From Syncephalis fuscata S228 (taxonomy: Eukaryota; Fungi; Zoopagomycota): 64,000 nucleotides of DNA. Positions 1 to 11,932 of the stretch are shown here, in pieces. Both the position numbers and the translations under genes were made by a program. The stretch is taken from positions 744,001 to 808,000 of the forward strand of contig JAHLTZ010000003.1 in NCBI GenBank assembly GCA_025786725.1, in the 5' to 3' direction. Numbering within the stretch: position 1 is the stretch's first letter; the number at the start of each line of letters is the position of its first letter. The notes beneath the pieces are model-generated. The model was not told where the DNA came from. It saw nothing but the letters and a program-made list of their open reading frames with translations, and did not search any database.

Positions 1-1355
1 TAAAAGCTTTACGGTGTCAAAGGTCCAATTTAAAGTTAAATTAATATGGGCATCATTGGTGTCGGATTCTTTAGTTTCATTGGTGGCAAGTCTGCTTGTA
101 GTTGATTGAAATATTTAATAATGACTTGTATAATATTGGCAATTTTCTCTGGTGAAATATGATATACAGCAATATCAACATATCGAGTGGCAAACCAATT
201 AAATGTAATGACTGCTGTACTCCATGCAGTTTTACGTGATTTGTCGAATGTAATAAAATCTGTCTGTATTGCAACACAAATCTCTTCTGCTAATTGGCGA
301 AATATGACACTGCCATGCTGTTTAATAAATGCTTCTCTTTATCGGCCGGTAAAGAACGCACTAATTTATATGTTAATCGCCAAAAACGTGCCGTAAATGT
401 AGCATAAGATTGTTGTTGTTGTTGTTGTATTGAAGAACGGATAACATATTGAGTTACTATACCATAAGATTGTGCTACTTTATCTACAGTATCGTTGTAA
501 TTCGTATTTTCTTCATTTTGTTTTTGTTTTTCTTCCTTTTGTTGTTGCTGTTGTTGCAGTGTGTCCTTCCATTGTAGTGTTGAATTATATTCAATACTTT
601 CCATTATAACATGTGCTGCCCAATTACGCACTTGAGATTGATTTGAGCAAACAAGACAAAATATACCCGGTAGTTGTGTTACAGCCATCGATAAAGGTAA
701 AGTAGCAAGTATTGACTTTGGTGTATTAATAATAGCTGTATTTACAGCATCACGAATTAAAGTACAATGTAATAATTTTGAAACTGAAAATATTTCGTAG
801 AGTGATGTAGTCAATGTAGATGTCGTATTAGGTGTATTATTAATTTCATTAGTCGTAGATAATCCGCGTATTAGACGTGCTTGATCCCATGTATCAATAA
901 TAGAAAAGAATCGGTCAATGTTTTCAGGTGGATATCGACGTCGATATCTGATAATAAACATATATTGTATAATGAACAAAATATTCATGATTATTGGCTT
1001 ATTTGTATACTTACAATTTACGTAACTGTTCTTTTGCAGTATAATAGCCCGCAATACAGCCCCGACAGCGCGATAACATACAAGCATTAATTTGTTTAAA
1101 ACGAACAACTGAATCGCTTTCTGGCAAGGAGAATACGTGTAGTATTTCTGTAACAATAGGTCGACGTGCTGGATCGCACCACCAACAACTGCGTTCATCT
1201 TCGAAAAAGACGACTAGGCCGTCAAGAAGGAATCTATGAAAAGCGTCTAGCCAGGACTGAGTGTCAGGCGACCCATAATTGTCCGTGTATAGTTGCTCTA
1301 GTTTACAAAGTAAACTATTTAAACGAGCTTCTAATGTCTCTGCCACATTAGTCAT
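1..1355 (-). CDS. SEN1: Sen1/senataxin-like helicase, N-terminal domain (gene runs off the window start; spliced)
   Basis: ORFs 1011-1355 and 290-1198 give SCWWC..PIVTEILHVFSL...CRGCIAGYY, LYEIF and LPGIFCLV..QVRNWA, matching my recollection of the fungal SEN1_N domain. The helicase domain is outside the window. Confidence 0.75.
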
Positions 1356-1581
1356 ACTACTTGTCCTTGTTTCGGAATAGATAAGTTGACAGGTGAGTAG
1401 AAGCGCGTGTAATACACAAAGTTAAAAGAAAATTAACTACAAACACTAATCTAGTGCGTATATTTAAATTGATTAGTACACGTGAATTTTCTACTCCCTT
1501 TAGTTGAAAAAAATGTTAGTTCTTTAACTATTTTTATTTATTTATTAGAGCTATTTTATTGTCACTTCTCATAGTAATAGT

Positions 1582-4098
1582 ATGAATATAATAGTACGAG
1601 GTCGACCCTTGACTCGACAGCTTGCCCCTTGTTGGACGGCTGCGTCGTCGGTTATTTATCAACACTTACTGCTCATACGAGTAGTAGACCACGCGTCTAT
1701 TCAGTGGCAACAAATACTACTGCTACTACTGCTACTGCTACTACCAACACCACTTCAGATCGTGCTAAGCCACTTATTTTTGACAATCGAGGTCCGTCTT
1801 TACAGGATTTTATACTTAATGCGCAGTTGAAATCAAATGAAGCAACGGAACTGGAGACTGCAGCCGTCTCTCCTGAGGCTATCCCCTATTTGGAGCCACC
1901 TAGTCAGGCCATAGGTGCTGGTTCTAAGTACTATATTGAGATTTATGGCTGTCAAATGAACTTTAATGATACAGAAGTACTTATTGCTGTTATGAATAAA
2001 GCGGGCTATATTCGCACTGAAGCAATCGACGAAGCAAACGTTGTATTCTTAGTAACTGTAAGTGTTTATATGCCAACTACTATTTATTAAAAGCTAATGA
2101 CTGTCAATGTACTAATAACAATATAGTGTTCAATTCGGGATAATGCAGAGAAAAAGATTTGGCAACGACTTAAAGCTTTAAAACATTTAAAGACGGTAAA
2201 AAATAAAAACCAACCTATATTAACACCACCATTAGTGGGTGTACTTGGTGTAAGTAAATACAAAAGTATTATAAACATCAATTAATCATATTACATTTAA
2301 TGATTATAGTGTATGGCAGAACGTCTTAAAGGCGAATTATTGGAAAAAGAGAAATTAGTGGATATTGTTTGTGGTCCCGATGCATATCGGTAAGAAGATA
2401 TGATTATTATAACTGTTTAAAGCTAATTACCGATTGGTATACTATATTAATAGAACGGTACCTCACTTGCTAAGTATGACCCAGGAAATGCACCGAGGTG
2501 TAGCCAATGTTATGCTATCCGTTGATGAAACATACGCCGACATTATGCCCGTAAGACTGGATCAAAATAGTAAAAGTGCTTATATTTCTATTATGAGGTG
2601 AGGTTATACAAATGAATCCATTAGCGTGTATTAATATTATTAATTACTATCGTCGTTAATTAAAGAGGTTGCAATAATATGTGTGCATTTTGTGTTGTAC
2701 CATTTACAAGAGGTAATGTGTACTAAATAGAATTTAAAAAAAAACGACTTATCTATATTTATTAGGTACGGAACGTAGTCGATCTATTGATTCTATAGTG
2801 GCCGAGGTACAAGCACTTAATGATCAAGGGGTTAAAGAAGGTAACAATCAAATAAGCTAAATGACCTAATAGCTTATACATATAGTTTATAGTAACGCTA
2901 CTTGGACAAAATGTCAACTCTTATCGCGATACAAGTACTATGGCTATGTCGATCACTTCAAATACTGGTAGTCAACTAAGTAATGAAGGATTCCGTACAA
3001 TCTATCGACGAAAAGAAGGTGGTCTACGATTTACCGAGTTATTAGATAAAGTATCGCTTATCAATCCTAATGTACGTGTGAATTCATGAACAATTTAAAA
3101 GTGAATAATGACTAGCTAATTAATTAATTAACTAACTAATGTTATATTTAATAGATGCGATTTAGATTTACATCACCTCATCCAAAGGATTTTCCTATGG
3201 ATTTGCTACAATTAATTGCTGAACGTCCAAATATTTGTTCAGTAAGTGCAGATCTTTAATATTACGATTATTATTATCTACACTAATACTGTTTAATAGA
3301 GTCTACACTTGCCCGCTCAATCAGGCAATACAGATATGCTACTACGTATGCGTCGTGGCTATTCACGAGAAGCGTAAGTAATAAATAAATAAATAAATAA
3401 CATTATATGTAATACTAATGAATATGCTGATACTAGTTATCTAGAACTTGTTAATACAGCACGATCAATTATTCCCGATGTAACATTAAGTAGTGATTTT
3501 ATTACTGGATTTTGTGATGAAACAGAACAAGAACATCGTGATACTGTCACCTTGATGGAACAAGTGAAGTTCGATACAGCTTATATGTTTGCTTATAGGT
3601 AAACTGCTAATGACTAGTATAAATTATTGAATGACTAACGTATTATTCACTAATAGTATGCGTGAAAAGACCCACGCTCATCGTAGAATGAAGGATAATG
3701 TACCAGAACCGACAAAGCTACAACGACTAGCCGAGATTATTAAAGTATTCCACGAGGAGGCCCGTAAGAAAAATATAGCCCGTGTAGGTCGTCGTGAACT
3801 TGTACTTATTGATGGAATAAGCAAGCGAGATGCCCATAGATTACGGGGCCGTACCGATGGTAATCATAAAGTTATCTTTGACCAAGTAGCCATACCCGAC
3901 AAACTATCTACTATAATGACAACAACTGAGCATACACCGCTCGTTGTACCACAGCCAGGTGATTACGTCGAGGTAGTAACAACAAGTGCTACCAGTACTT
4001 CATTTCAAGGTGTAGCAGTAGCACGTACAAATCTAGTGTTATTTAATCAAGAACAACAACGACAACAACAACAGCCACAATCATCGCCATACACATAG
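1582..4098 (+). CDS. CDK5RAP1: tRNA-i6A37 methylthiotransferase MiaB/CDK5RAP1 (radical SAM, TRAM domain), probably mitochondrial; ~10 introns
   Basis: Motifs are [11 protein letters not shown] (UPF0004), [24 protein letters not shown] (CxxxCxxC, ~2667-2712), [17 protein letters not shown], and a C-terminal TRAM domain (GRTDGNHKV). The N-terminus is Arg/Ser/Thr-rich. A 1-nt frameshift near 1625 separates the ATG at 1582 from the main frame. Confidence 0.93.
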
Positions 4099-4139
4099 TA
4101 TAACAGTGTAGCGTAAATAATAAAGAAATAAAGAAAGAA

Positions 4140-5647
4140 TTATAATCTATGACCAGGAGGTGCCATAAAGATACCAACAATAACGAGTGTTAATAAAAGA
4201 GCGCCCGCAAATAATTTTAATGCGCGTATTCGATGATATCGACGTATAAAATTATCTTTGATTTGAGCATATCGTAAATAACTTGTTTCCCTATAAATTA
4301 TTATTGCATTAATTTTACGTCATTACTATTCAACTATAACGCTTACGTTGAACCAAATAGTGTAAAGAATGGACAGAAACGTGTTAAATAGGCAAATAGA
4401 TTAATAATAGCTAATAAAATAGGTATTATTCCCTATATCAACAGTGTGTTAATAATACTATTACAAATAAATAAATGTTATAATTAACTTACATAGAGTC
4501 GAAGTGTACGTCGTCGGTTAAGAAAGATAAGTGAGAATTCAACCGTGAATCCAATAAATAGAATCATTAAACCGGCAACCATTCGAAGTGTTGCTTGTTT
4601 CTCGCTTAGATTATGGCGGGTACGTTCTTCAATGAATCGAGGAAAGTAGCACTGTTCCATTAAACGGAATACATACTCCTTTGCTTCTAAGAATATTTCT
4701 GGATCATCTCGATGCTCGACTTCAATAGCTTGTACAATTGGATAGCGAATACTTTCAGGAAAATGTAGCTCACGACGAGCACCTGGTATCATATAACGAC
4801 GATATATTTTACGGGCTGAACGATGAATATCCTCACGGCTTAATGGCGCCTTTTTACTACGGCCTGTACCATCACCTTCTGCACCATTATCCTGTGATCC
4901 AGCTGCATCATACTCGCCTGTAGGCTGTGAAAAGTCGATCATTTGATCACTCGTTTTACTATTGCGATAACGCTGACTGCCACTCATTTCACTAAGTATC
5001 GAAAGGGTACCCGTGCCTTCTGAATGATCAAATGTGCCTGTGTTTGTTTGTTGACTAATTGTACTGTAGCGCAACTCGTTGCTAACATCTCGTATACTTA
5101 GTCGGCCCCAACTTGCCCGATTTGGCTTATCAGGTAAAGTAGACTGGTGTGAATTAGGTGGATGGATATTAAGTGTATTATTATTATTATTAGTAAGTAT
5201 ACTGGTAGCCGTTAATCGTTTTGAAGCACGAATAATATTCTTGCAATAGATTCGGCATCGATTTTCATGTGCTGTTACATCTAACCAAAAGTCTAAATAG
5301 TGTTGGGTTTGTTCTCGATCTCGCAGGTATAAATAGTAGTTGTAGAGACAGACGGGTGGATTAGAACGCCGTGAAAGTACATCTTTTAGGGTAGGTGGTT
5401 CTGGATGGTTAGAACCGTAGTTTGGAGGCATACTCGACGATACGGGATGGGATGGCGGTGGATGTGGCGGCATTGGAGACTCCATAGTGGACATGGGCGA
5501 GTAGTGATGAGGTGGAAAGGTGCGATCTGGATCTACAGTGAGCGAAGTGGCCGTTTCATCCCCGCCACTACCTAGTGGGGTGGGTAAAGCGTTGACCGTT
5601 GGTGCCATAGTGGCTGTCGTCTCTGTCATACTGCTACTCGCCGCCAT
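4140..5647 (-). CDS. RAX1: RGS-domain membrane protein, Rax1-like (polarity/bud-site selection)
   Basis: Contains PTLKDVLSRRSNPPVCLYNYYLYLRD...LDFWLDV and a split RGS domain, followed by hydrophobic helices. Two further small exons (~4347-4435, ~4140-4291) end in APPGHRL*. Confidence 0.85.
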
Positions 5648-5738
5648 TGGTAGTCGTCGTCGTCGTCGTGGTTATTGTTGTAGTGGCGGTGACACTACTG
5701 TGTATTATATTACTATTATATGTATAAAAAGTAAAAGG

Positions 5739-5953
5739 GTGTGTGTGTGTGTGTGTGTTTATATGGTAGAAGAGAGGGAAAAGGGGAATAACAATAAATG
5801 TTTATATACGGAGACAAAAAAAGAGAGGATCAACGAGGATAAGTAATAGTAAATAGATACACAATGACTATAGATAGTAATGATAGTAATTATTTTATAT
5901 AGAGAGAGAGAGAGAGAAGAGAGAAAAGAAGAGGAGAGAAGAGAGAGAGAGAG
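5739..5953. repeat. (GT)n and (GA)n microsatellites upstream of RAX1
   Basis: A gtgtgt run at ~5739-5758 and imperfect gaga runs at ~5901-5953 are directly visible. Confidence 0.9.
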
Positions 5954-6059
5954 ATAGGTACACGAGATGGTGATACAAATACCCAACCGGTAAGTGCATC
6001 TATTGGTTTAAAAACATTGAACGCTGCGTGTATCCCAAAACACTCTTTAGTATCTATTT

Positions 6060-6898
6060 TGTTCTATTATTTATTTTAAGTCCCTAGCCTCAAACTAAAA
6101 ACAAAAAGATTCGTAACTCAAATAAAGCATCAATCAGTTTTTACTACCGAAAAGTGGTTTGTTGAAGCAGTGCCATATTAACTCCGATTGAATTAGAGTC
6201 TTAATTAATCTGCACTATTTTCAATATCAAAATAGATATTAAATAGTATTCCATGTTACTTACAATAAATATAATGAATAAATGTTAATTTATGTTATTG
6301 TTGCTTTAAAGTATTCAAAGCATTATATTTTGATATTTAGTATAACTCACCATCCAGTTCCATGTTTAGTAGAATAACAAATGTGTAGTGTAATTATCAG
6401 TATAATAATATAATTAATTAGTTATCTTTATTATTGCTTTAATATATATATTTTTCATTATGATATTAATTGTTTAAGTGTCATTTATTTAGTCAGATTA
6501 GCTATAGAGAAGGTGGCTGTTTAATAAACGACTTTTATACTAATTATATTAATAGTGATCTTACAGCACAAATATGTTCAAAATGCAACAGTATAATATT
6601 AGAAAATAGAAGAAACCATGTTGTAAATAGATGCAACAAATGCAGAATGACATGGATTACAATCATATGGCTTTTATTAATATTCAATCAATCTTTCTAT
6701 ATATGATTAACAACAACAACAATAATCGGCCCCAAATGTTTCAAAGAAATTAAATAGTATGTTATATTATTTATTTAAATGCTTAAAATTATTACTGATT
6801 CAATGTTCTGTTACATTTATTCTATTCTATGTAAATGGTAATGAACAATAGTATTACATTAATATTTATTGTGAATAATGATTTAAATACAATTCAAT
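6060..6898 (+). mobile_element. Degenerate modular repeat with a Fanzor/TnpB C-terminal remnant (segments A-B-C)
   Basis: 6060-6373 matches the reverse complement of ~13730-14040 and 42490-42600. 6385-6760 matches the reverse complement of 56750-57128 and, allowing for small indels, encodes AQICSKC...NRCNKCRMTW(N)YNHMAFINIQSIFLYM..NNNRP. 6771-6898 matches the reverse complement of 41598-41722. Confidence 0.75.
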
Positions 6899-6961
6899 CT
6901 AATCAACTCGTCAACTAGTATTTATTTTGAACATTGTTTTATTATTAAATATTATTGTAGC

Positions 6962-8518
6962 TTACAAAGCACCATAGCTTATTATTTTTGATTCGGTACG
7001 GCAGTAACTAAATAAGGAATTAACTGATAAAAAATCAGGCATGCGACATTGACATATCTCATCCATTTGACGTATAATTTCACCATTACTCATGTCTACT
7101 AATAAATATTGCGGATTAATAGTTTGTCTTTGCTTAATAACAAAACAGCTGCCAATGATATGTCGATATTCAATAATATCTGACCAGTCAAGTTTGTTGC
7201 TATGTACAAGTTCGCCTTCTCGCTCCTCCAATACTTGAGAATAAAGTAGATATTCACTTTCGTACCTGCTTTTAATTGCCATAACGTTTGATGATACTTT
7301 CTGCACTTGATCCAATTGAACCTTTTTATTCTTGTTGAGTAGAACTGTATGGCATAGTCGTAAGCGTGCCTTGCCATAATTTGCATCAATAGTTATGTAG
7401 GAAAATTCATTAGATAAGATATTTATATAGTTGATTAAAGTATTTAGCTTGAATTGTCCTCGATGTAGTTGCTGGATTGACGTATTGTTTGAGAATTGAT
7501 ATAGTGTCCATTCAATAACGCCATTATTACGGTTGAGAATCTTGGCCGTATATATAACTGCGGAATGACATGTGGCGTCATAAATACACGCATGGTGCAA
7601 TGCATTGTCGAGTACTTTAACTTGTTTTTGATTATTCTCTAAATCATATACAAGTAATCGGGTCGCCTTATTCAATGGTTCGTTATTGCTTAAAACTAAT
7701 AGCCATTGACCACTGACTGCTACACAACAGCTATTGTAGGGCAGATTTATAGTATACCATAGCTTGTAACTTTTACGCGCATAAACGTTTACAATTGTAG
7801 ATGAAGCGGATACGTAGGATGAAATAAAAAATCTATCACTTAGCATTGCTTTAGGGCGACTGTATGAATTGTCGACATCTATAATAGACAACAGTGGATC
7901 AGAATGTATCCCTGGAATTGCTGAGGATTTATTGTCCTGCATGTCTGGTGCAAATACCCCCGATTCAATGATAGCAATTCGTTGATCTTCTTCGTTGCCA
8001 TAGTCATAATCATTATACTCCTTTTCATCTTCATCGCTATCGCTGCCATTGAAAGCTATAGGAAACAAGATAGCTGTTCCATTTAAATTCCAACTTGTTG
8101 CCAAATTATTGTAGGCTATATCAAAACGCGATATGTCTATCGTGCGGGAGTATCCATGGCGCCAGTTGTGTTCCGTAATGATACGTCGTCGATAGACATC
8201 GTACCAATCAAGCCTATCCAGCAGTTTAGCCGACTCGATTGGCACATCGTTGGCTGAAAACCGATCTCGGGCACAGCAGTACACAAAGTCCCATTCTTTC
8301 GCTTTGTAAGGTCCAGTAAGAAAGTGGCGGCAATAATAATGTTGCCATAATATTGAGATGCTTTTGATCTTCTCATTAAGAAGGCGACATGTTGAGCTTA
8401 GCTCGATCATTGCATCCTCGAGATAGAACATAAACCGGTCAAAATCTTGAGGTGGGAGATAGCTCGCGAGTTTCAATAATTTACTGGTCGAGAGTTGCGC
8501 AACAGTAGAATAGCCCAT
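6962..8518 (-). CDS. Intronless F-box-like protein with a predicted beta-rich (propeller-like) C-terminus, 518 aa
   Basis: N-terminal LSSTCRLL...LWQHYYCRHF is followed by DWYDVYRRRIITEHNWRHG (F-box/linker pattern). It shares an SGQWLLV...VYDL motif with the genes at 9571 and 62588. Confidence 0.7.
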   Translation of the reverse strand: MGYSTVAQLSTSKLLKLASYLPPQDFDRFMFYLEDAMIELSSTCRLLNEKIKSISILWQHYYCRHFLTGPYKAKEWDFVYCCARDRFSANDVPIESAKLLDRLDWYDVYRRRIITEHNWRHGYSRTIDISRFDIAYNNLATSWNLNGTAILFPIAFNGSDSDEDEKEYNDYDYGNEEDQRIAIIESGVFAPDMQDNKSSAIPGIHSDPLLSIIDVDNSYSRPKAMLSDRFFISSYVSASSTIVNVYARKSYKLWYTINLPYNSCCVAVSGQWLLVLSNNEPLNKATRLLVYDLENNQKQVKVLDNALHHACIYDATCHSAVIYTAKILNRNNGVIEWTLYQFSNNTSIQQLHRGQFKLNTLINYINILSNEFSYITIDANYGKARLRLCHTVLLNKNKKVQLDQVQKVSSNVMAIKSRYESEYLLYSQVLEEREGELVHSNKLDWSDIIEYRHIIGSCFVIKQRQTINPQYLLVDMSNGEIIRQMDEICQCRMPDFLSVNSLFSYCRTESKIISYGAL

Positions 8519-9570
8519 AGTGATAAAAATAAAACGAATAGCAAATAAATATTTTAGGTATGTTTTACGGTTACGCCTCTTTTAAAGTCCATCCAATGCT
8601 ATACAACGCCAACAGCATAACAAGTTTTTAAAAACAAAGAATATTCAATTCCTAAAAAAGATGCGAAGGAGGCGTAATCAATTCCATGGGGCATTATATG
8701 GCTGGTGGATTTCAAGTTTGATCTTGGCAGTCCATTGGCTGCACTTTCTCGACTTGTCCATAAAAAAATTGTCGGAATTTGCGTTTGAAGACAGAAACGG
8801 TACCCTTTGAATTTGCCTGTCGTACCTATTGTAACGCCGAGCAGGTGCATAGTTATTGGTCAACGCAATCGCTTACGTCCTCGCTGGTATAATTGTTTAT
8901 TTGTTAGAAATGTAGAGATGTATAAGTATCAACATAAGTTTACCAAAATAAAATAAAACAGATAAAAGCGTATAACTTAACTAATAAAATACAGTCTACA
9001 GTATGTGGTTTGATTATAGAACGAACAATAATAATATTTTATTTGATATTAGAACAAAGAACTTATATATCGAGCACGGGTGACATGTACAGGCATACAT
9101 AATACATTGTAGTATACAAGTAAGGGGTGTGCAATAGTACATGCTATGCTGTCGCGTGCATAAAAATTATTTGTTAAACATTAATCAGTATAGGCAAATG
9201 CAGTAAAGTCATTGGATTAGTCATTTTGAATAAATACATCACGCAATCAGTATCTATTACTTTAATAAATGTTTAATTATTTATTAATAAAAAAAGGCAA
9301 TACAATTACATAGATAGTATACTACGCCAGTTCTGGATAGTTGTACACAAGTCTGTGCTTATTCAATGCATAATAAGCCTATATCTTTATACATATATCA
9401 TGTATACAATAGCAGCAGCATGGTCAGTTATAGTGTATCAATACTTGCTGATGATAATTAAGTGATTACTGTCATGTTGTATGACACTGATGATTGCAAT
9501 ACACAAATATAAAATAGATTTATAAATAGTTTATTTAATGAATAATGGTGATAAAAGAAATGAGTAGCAA

Positions 9571-11220
9571 TTAAAATGACATGTCTATTATTCTATATTC
9601 ATCGTTATCTACTATCAGCATTGCGTTTCTTGTGTTAAATGTATCATTTAGTAATAAGGCAGCTCTAATCACTTGGCCAAGTTTTACAACAGTGCCTCGA
9701 CGCTCGAATACTTTTTTGTATAGATACTCGGAAATTGTTGTGTCCAAATTTTTAGAACGATTTAAATCAACTAAATCTACCGCTATAAATTTGCCGTCAG
9801 ATTTAGAGCTATAAATAATAAATCTTCCGATATACAACGAAAGAAGCTTAGCATACTCGTTTATATTTAGCAGGCGAGGAGCTTCAAGTGCTGAGCGCAA
9901 AGTTTCTTCATCGATATGTGCTAGTCTAGCTCCATCGATTAAGCTGTGGACCGCCCAACTTTTCGAATACATAACAAGAATGCGGTTGGAACCGAACAGT
10001 GGTACTGTACCATAAAAATGACTGTTAAGTGTCCAAATGGGCTTTACGTCCTTAATGCAAACGTTTGAGCATACGCATTCTGTTGAAATCATGGCCATGC
10101 TTATTTCATCTGCACTATTTTTGTTCGCCATATTAACAGCTAGCTGTGGGTTATTTGCAATCAAAACTCGATCATCATCTAATTTTCTAACAAGAACTAC
10201 AGAGTTTTTGAATTTCTTAAAGCAGATTTCTCCTTGCATTAGACAGCGTGGACCATATCCTAAATGGCGATTTGAAAACTCCCATACGTTCCATTTGAAT
10301 GTGGTAGTGGTATCCGTGTGATGTAATGTTCTACTAAATACGGTTGCTGTTTCTTCAGTAGCTCTTAATAAAAAAGATCCGCCATGATAAGTTGTAATAA
10401 TGCCCATGCACATTTGGCCGTTAGCAAGATCAAAAACGCGGGTGGTTGTTAGTACATTAGATCTATCCGTATCTTCAGCTTCTAGTTCTAAATAGTTAGC
10501 CATCATCCAGCGGCCACGGATGCTTGCATTATCACATAAACAGGAGAATTGACGCGGTCGCATAATTGAGACTTGATGCACTGGCCAAATGGAAATGATA
10601 CATGTTTTTTCGTGAATAAGATTTACGTTGTTTGTTTGTTTAGTAATAGTCACTACGAATCTGTCTGATATCAAGCATTGTTTTGCATGAGATTTATAGT
10701 TTGCATCATTCCGAAATAGTTTACGCAAACGCCAAAATCGTTTACTTGGTGCTTCTCCTATTGGCTGGCATTGCTCAAAAATGGAACATTTCCGCAAGTC
10801 AGTATGCCGATAAGCAATTCGTTGCAATACAATAGAACGGATGTTAGCTGGTTCTTCTATCACTACATCCTTGATTGGATATGGCGTGACTTTAAGCCAA
10901 TTTGCATCAGTGGCACGTCGACAGCAGAATGCATGAAACCACTCGATGTGCTGGTTGTTCAACTGAGCAACGTTGATTGTTTTTTTGGGCTGTGCTGCCA
11001 ACAGTTTTGATATACGTACTGTCTTTACATACCAGGCCAGCCATTTCATCTCATTGTCGTCAGCAAGATTGTAATACTGCTTATATCGCTGATGCCAGAG
11101 ACTATTCTGTTGACTGACACAATACCGCAGCCATTTACTGCAGCATGAAAGTAGAACAAGTGAGTCGTTGTCGGCATATACGGCAACACGACCAATAACA
11201 AGTATAGGGATATAATCCAT
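9571..11220 (-). CDS. Intronless F-box-like protein, 549 aa (paralogue of 6962-8518)
   Basis: Motifs are LVLLSCCSKWLRYCV..QNSLWHQRYKQYY, EWFHAFCCRRATDANWLK and SIRGRWMM...RVFDLANG. It ends in IIDMSF. Confidence 0.7.
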   Translation of the reverse strand: MDYIPILVIGRVAVYADNDSLVLLSCCSKWLRYCVSQQNSLWHQRYKQYYNLADDNEMKWLAWYVKTVRISKLLAAQPKKTINVAQLNNQHIEWFHAFCCRRATDANWLKVTPYPIKDVVIEEPANIRSIVLQRIAYRHTDLRKCSIFEQCQPIGEAPSKRFWRLRKLFRNDANYKSHAKQCLISDRFVVTITKQTNNVNLIHEKTCIISIWPVHQVSIMRPRQFSCLCDNASIRGRWMMANYLELEAEDTDRSNVLTTTRVFDLANGQMCMGIITTYHGGSFLLRATEETATVFSRTLHHTDTTTTFKWNVWEFSNRHLGYGPRCLMQGEICFKKFKNSVVLVRKLDDDRVLIANNPQLAVNMANKNSADEISMAMISTECVCSNVCIKDVKPIWTLNSHFYGTVPLFGSNRILVMYSKSWAVHSLIDGARLAHIDEETLRSALEAPRLLNINEYAKLLSLYIGRFIIYSSKSDGKFIAVDLVDLNRSKNLDTTISEYLYKKVFERRGTVVKLGQVIRAALLLNDTFNTRNAMLIVDNDEYRIIDMSF

Positions 11221-11932
11221 TATGCATAATTAAATAAAACAAAAAAATGGTGGTAGCTGGATTGCTAAGGACTATTCATGTCGACAATGCTTTCTTGACG
11301 ATAGACAATTATGATGCGTAGCTATAGTAAACATATGCTAGACGCGTATTTTGAGTAGATATATTGTGCAACCTTCAAAGGCCTTGAATCTTTGAAATGA
11401 TCCATTTACAAAATAATAATTATGTTCATATAATATATTCTATCTATCATAATAGTGCTATTCTGTGTTATAATATTAGTATATGTTTTTATTAGTAAGT
11501 ATGCAATGTTTGCAACTGTGTTAGCTATACAATATGTTATGTGGCATTTAAAATAATTATATAATTTGTTTTTCAGCGTTATGGAATATGACAGTGTTCA
11601 CTTGTTTTCCATATTTACATAGTGCGCAGTGTAACTGATTTTTAAATAAATGTAATCAGTTTGTAGCTATGTTTACTTTTATTTTTATTCAAGGATTACC
11701 AAGTACTAATTAAGTAAACATATCATCAATATATTGGTAAAAATACAAGTTTATTTTAGCAGTCTAATAATGTAAAATTAATCAAAGCAATCTGGATGTA
11801 GTGACAAAAATATACTTTAATCTGTCTAAGCTATTTTATTATAATCATTCTGCCATTAAACATTAGCTTTTTATGCAACAAAATCTGATATAACGTCAAC
11901 TGTCGATAACTTTAATGTCTATCCTATTAAGT

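Noticed and set aside
8599-8863. Short ORFs upstream of the first F-box gene
   Set aside because: No recognisable motif or splice support; probably promoter or UTR sequence.
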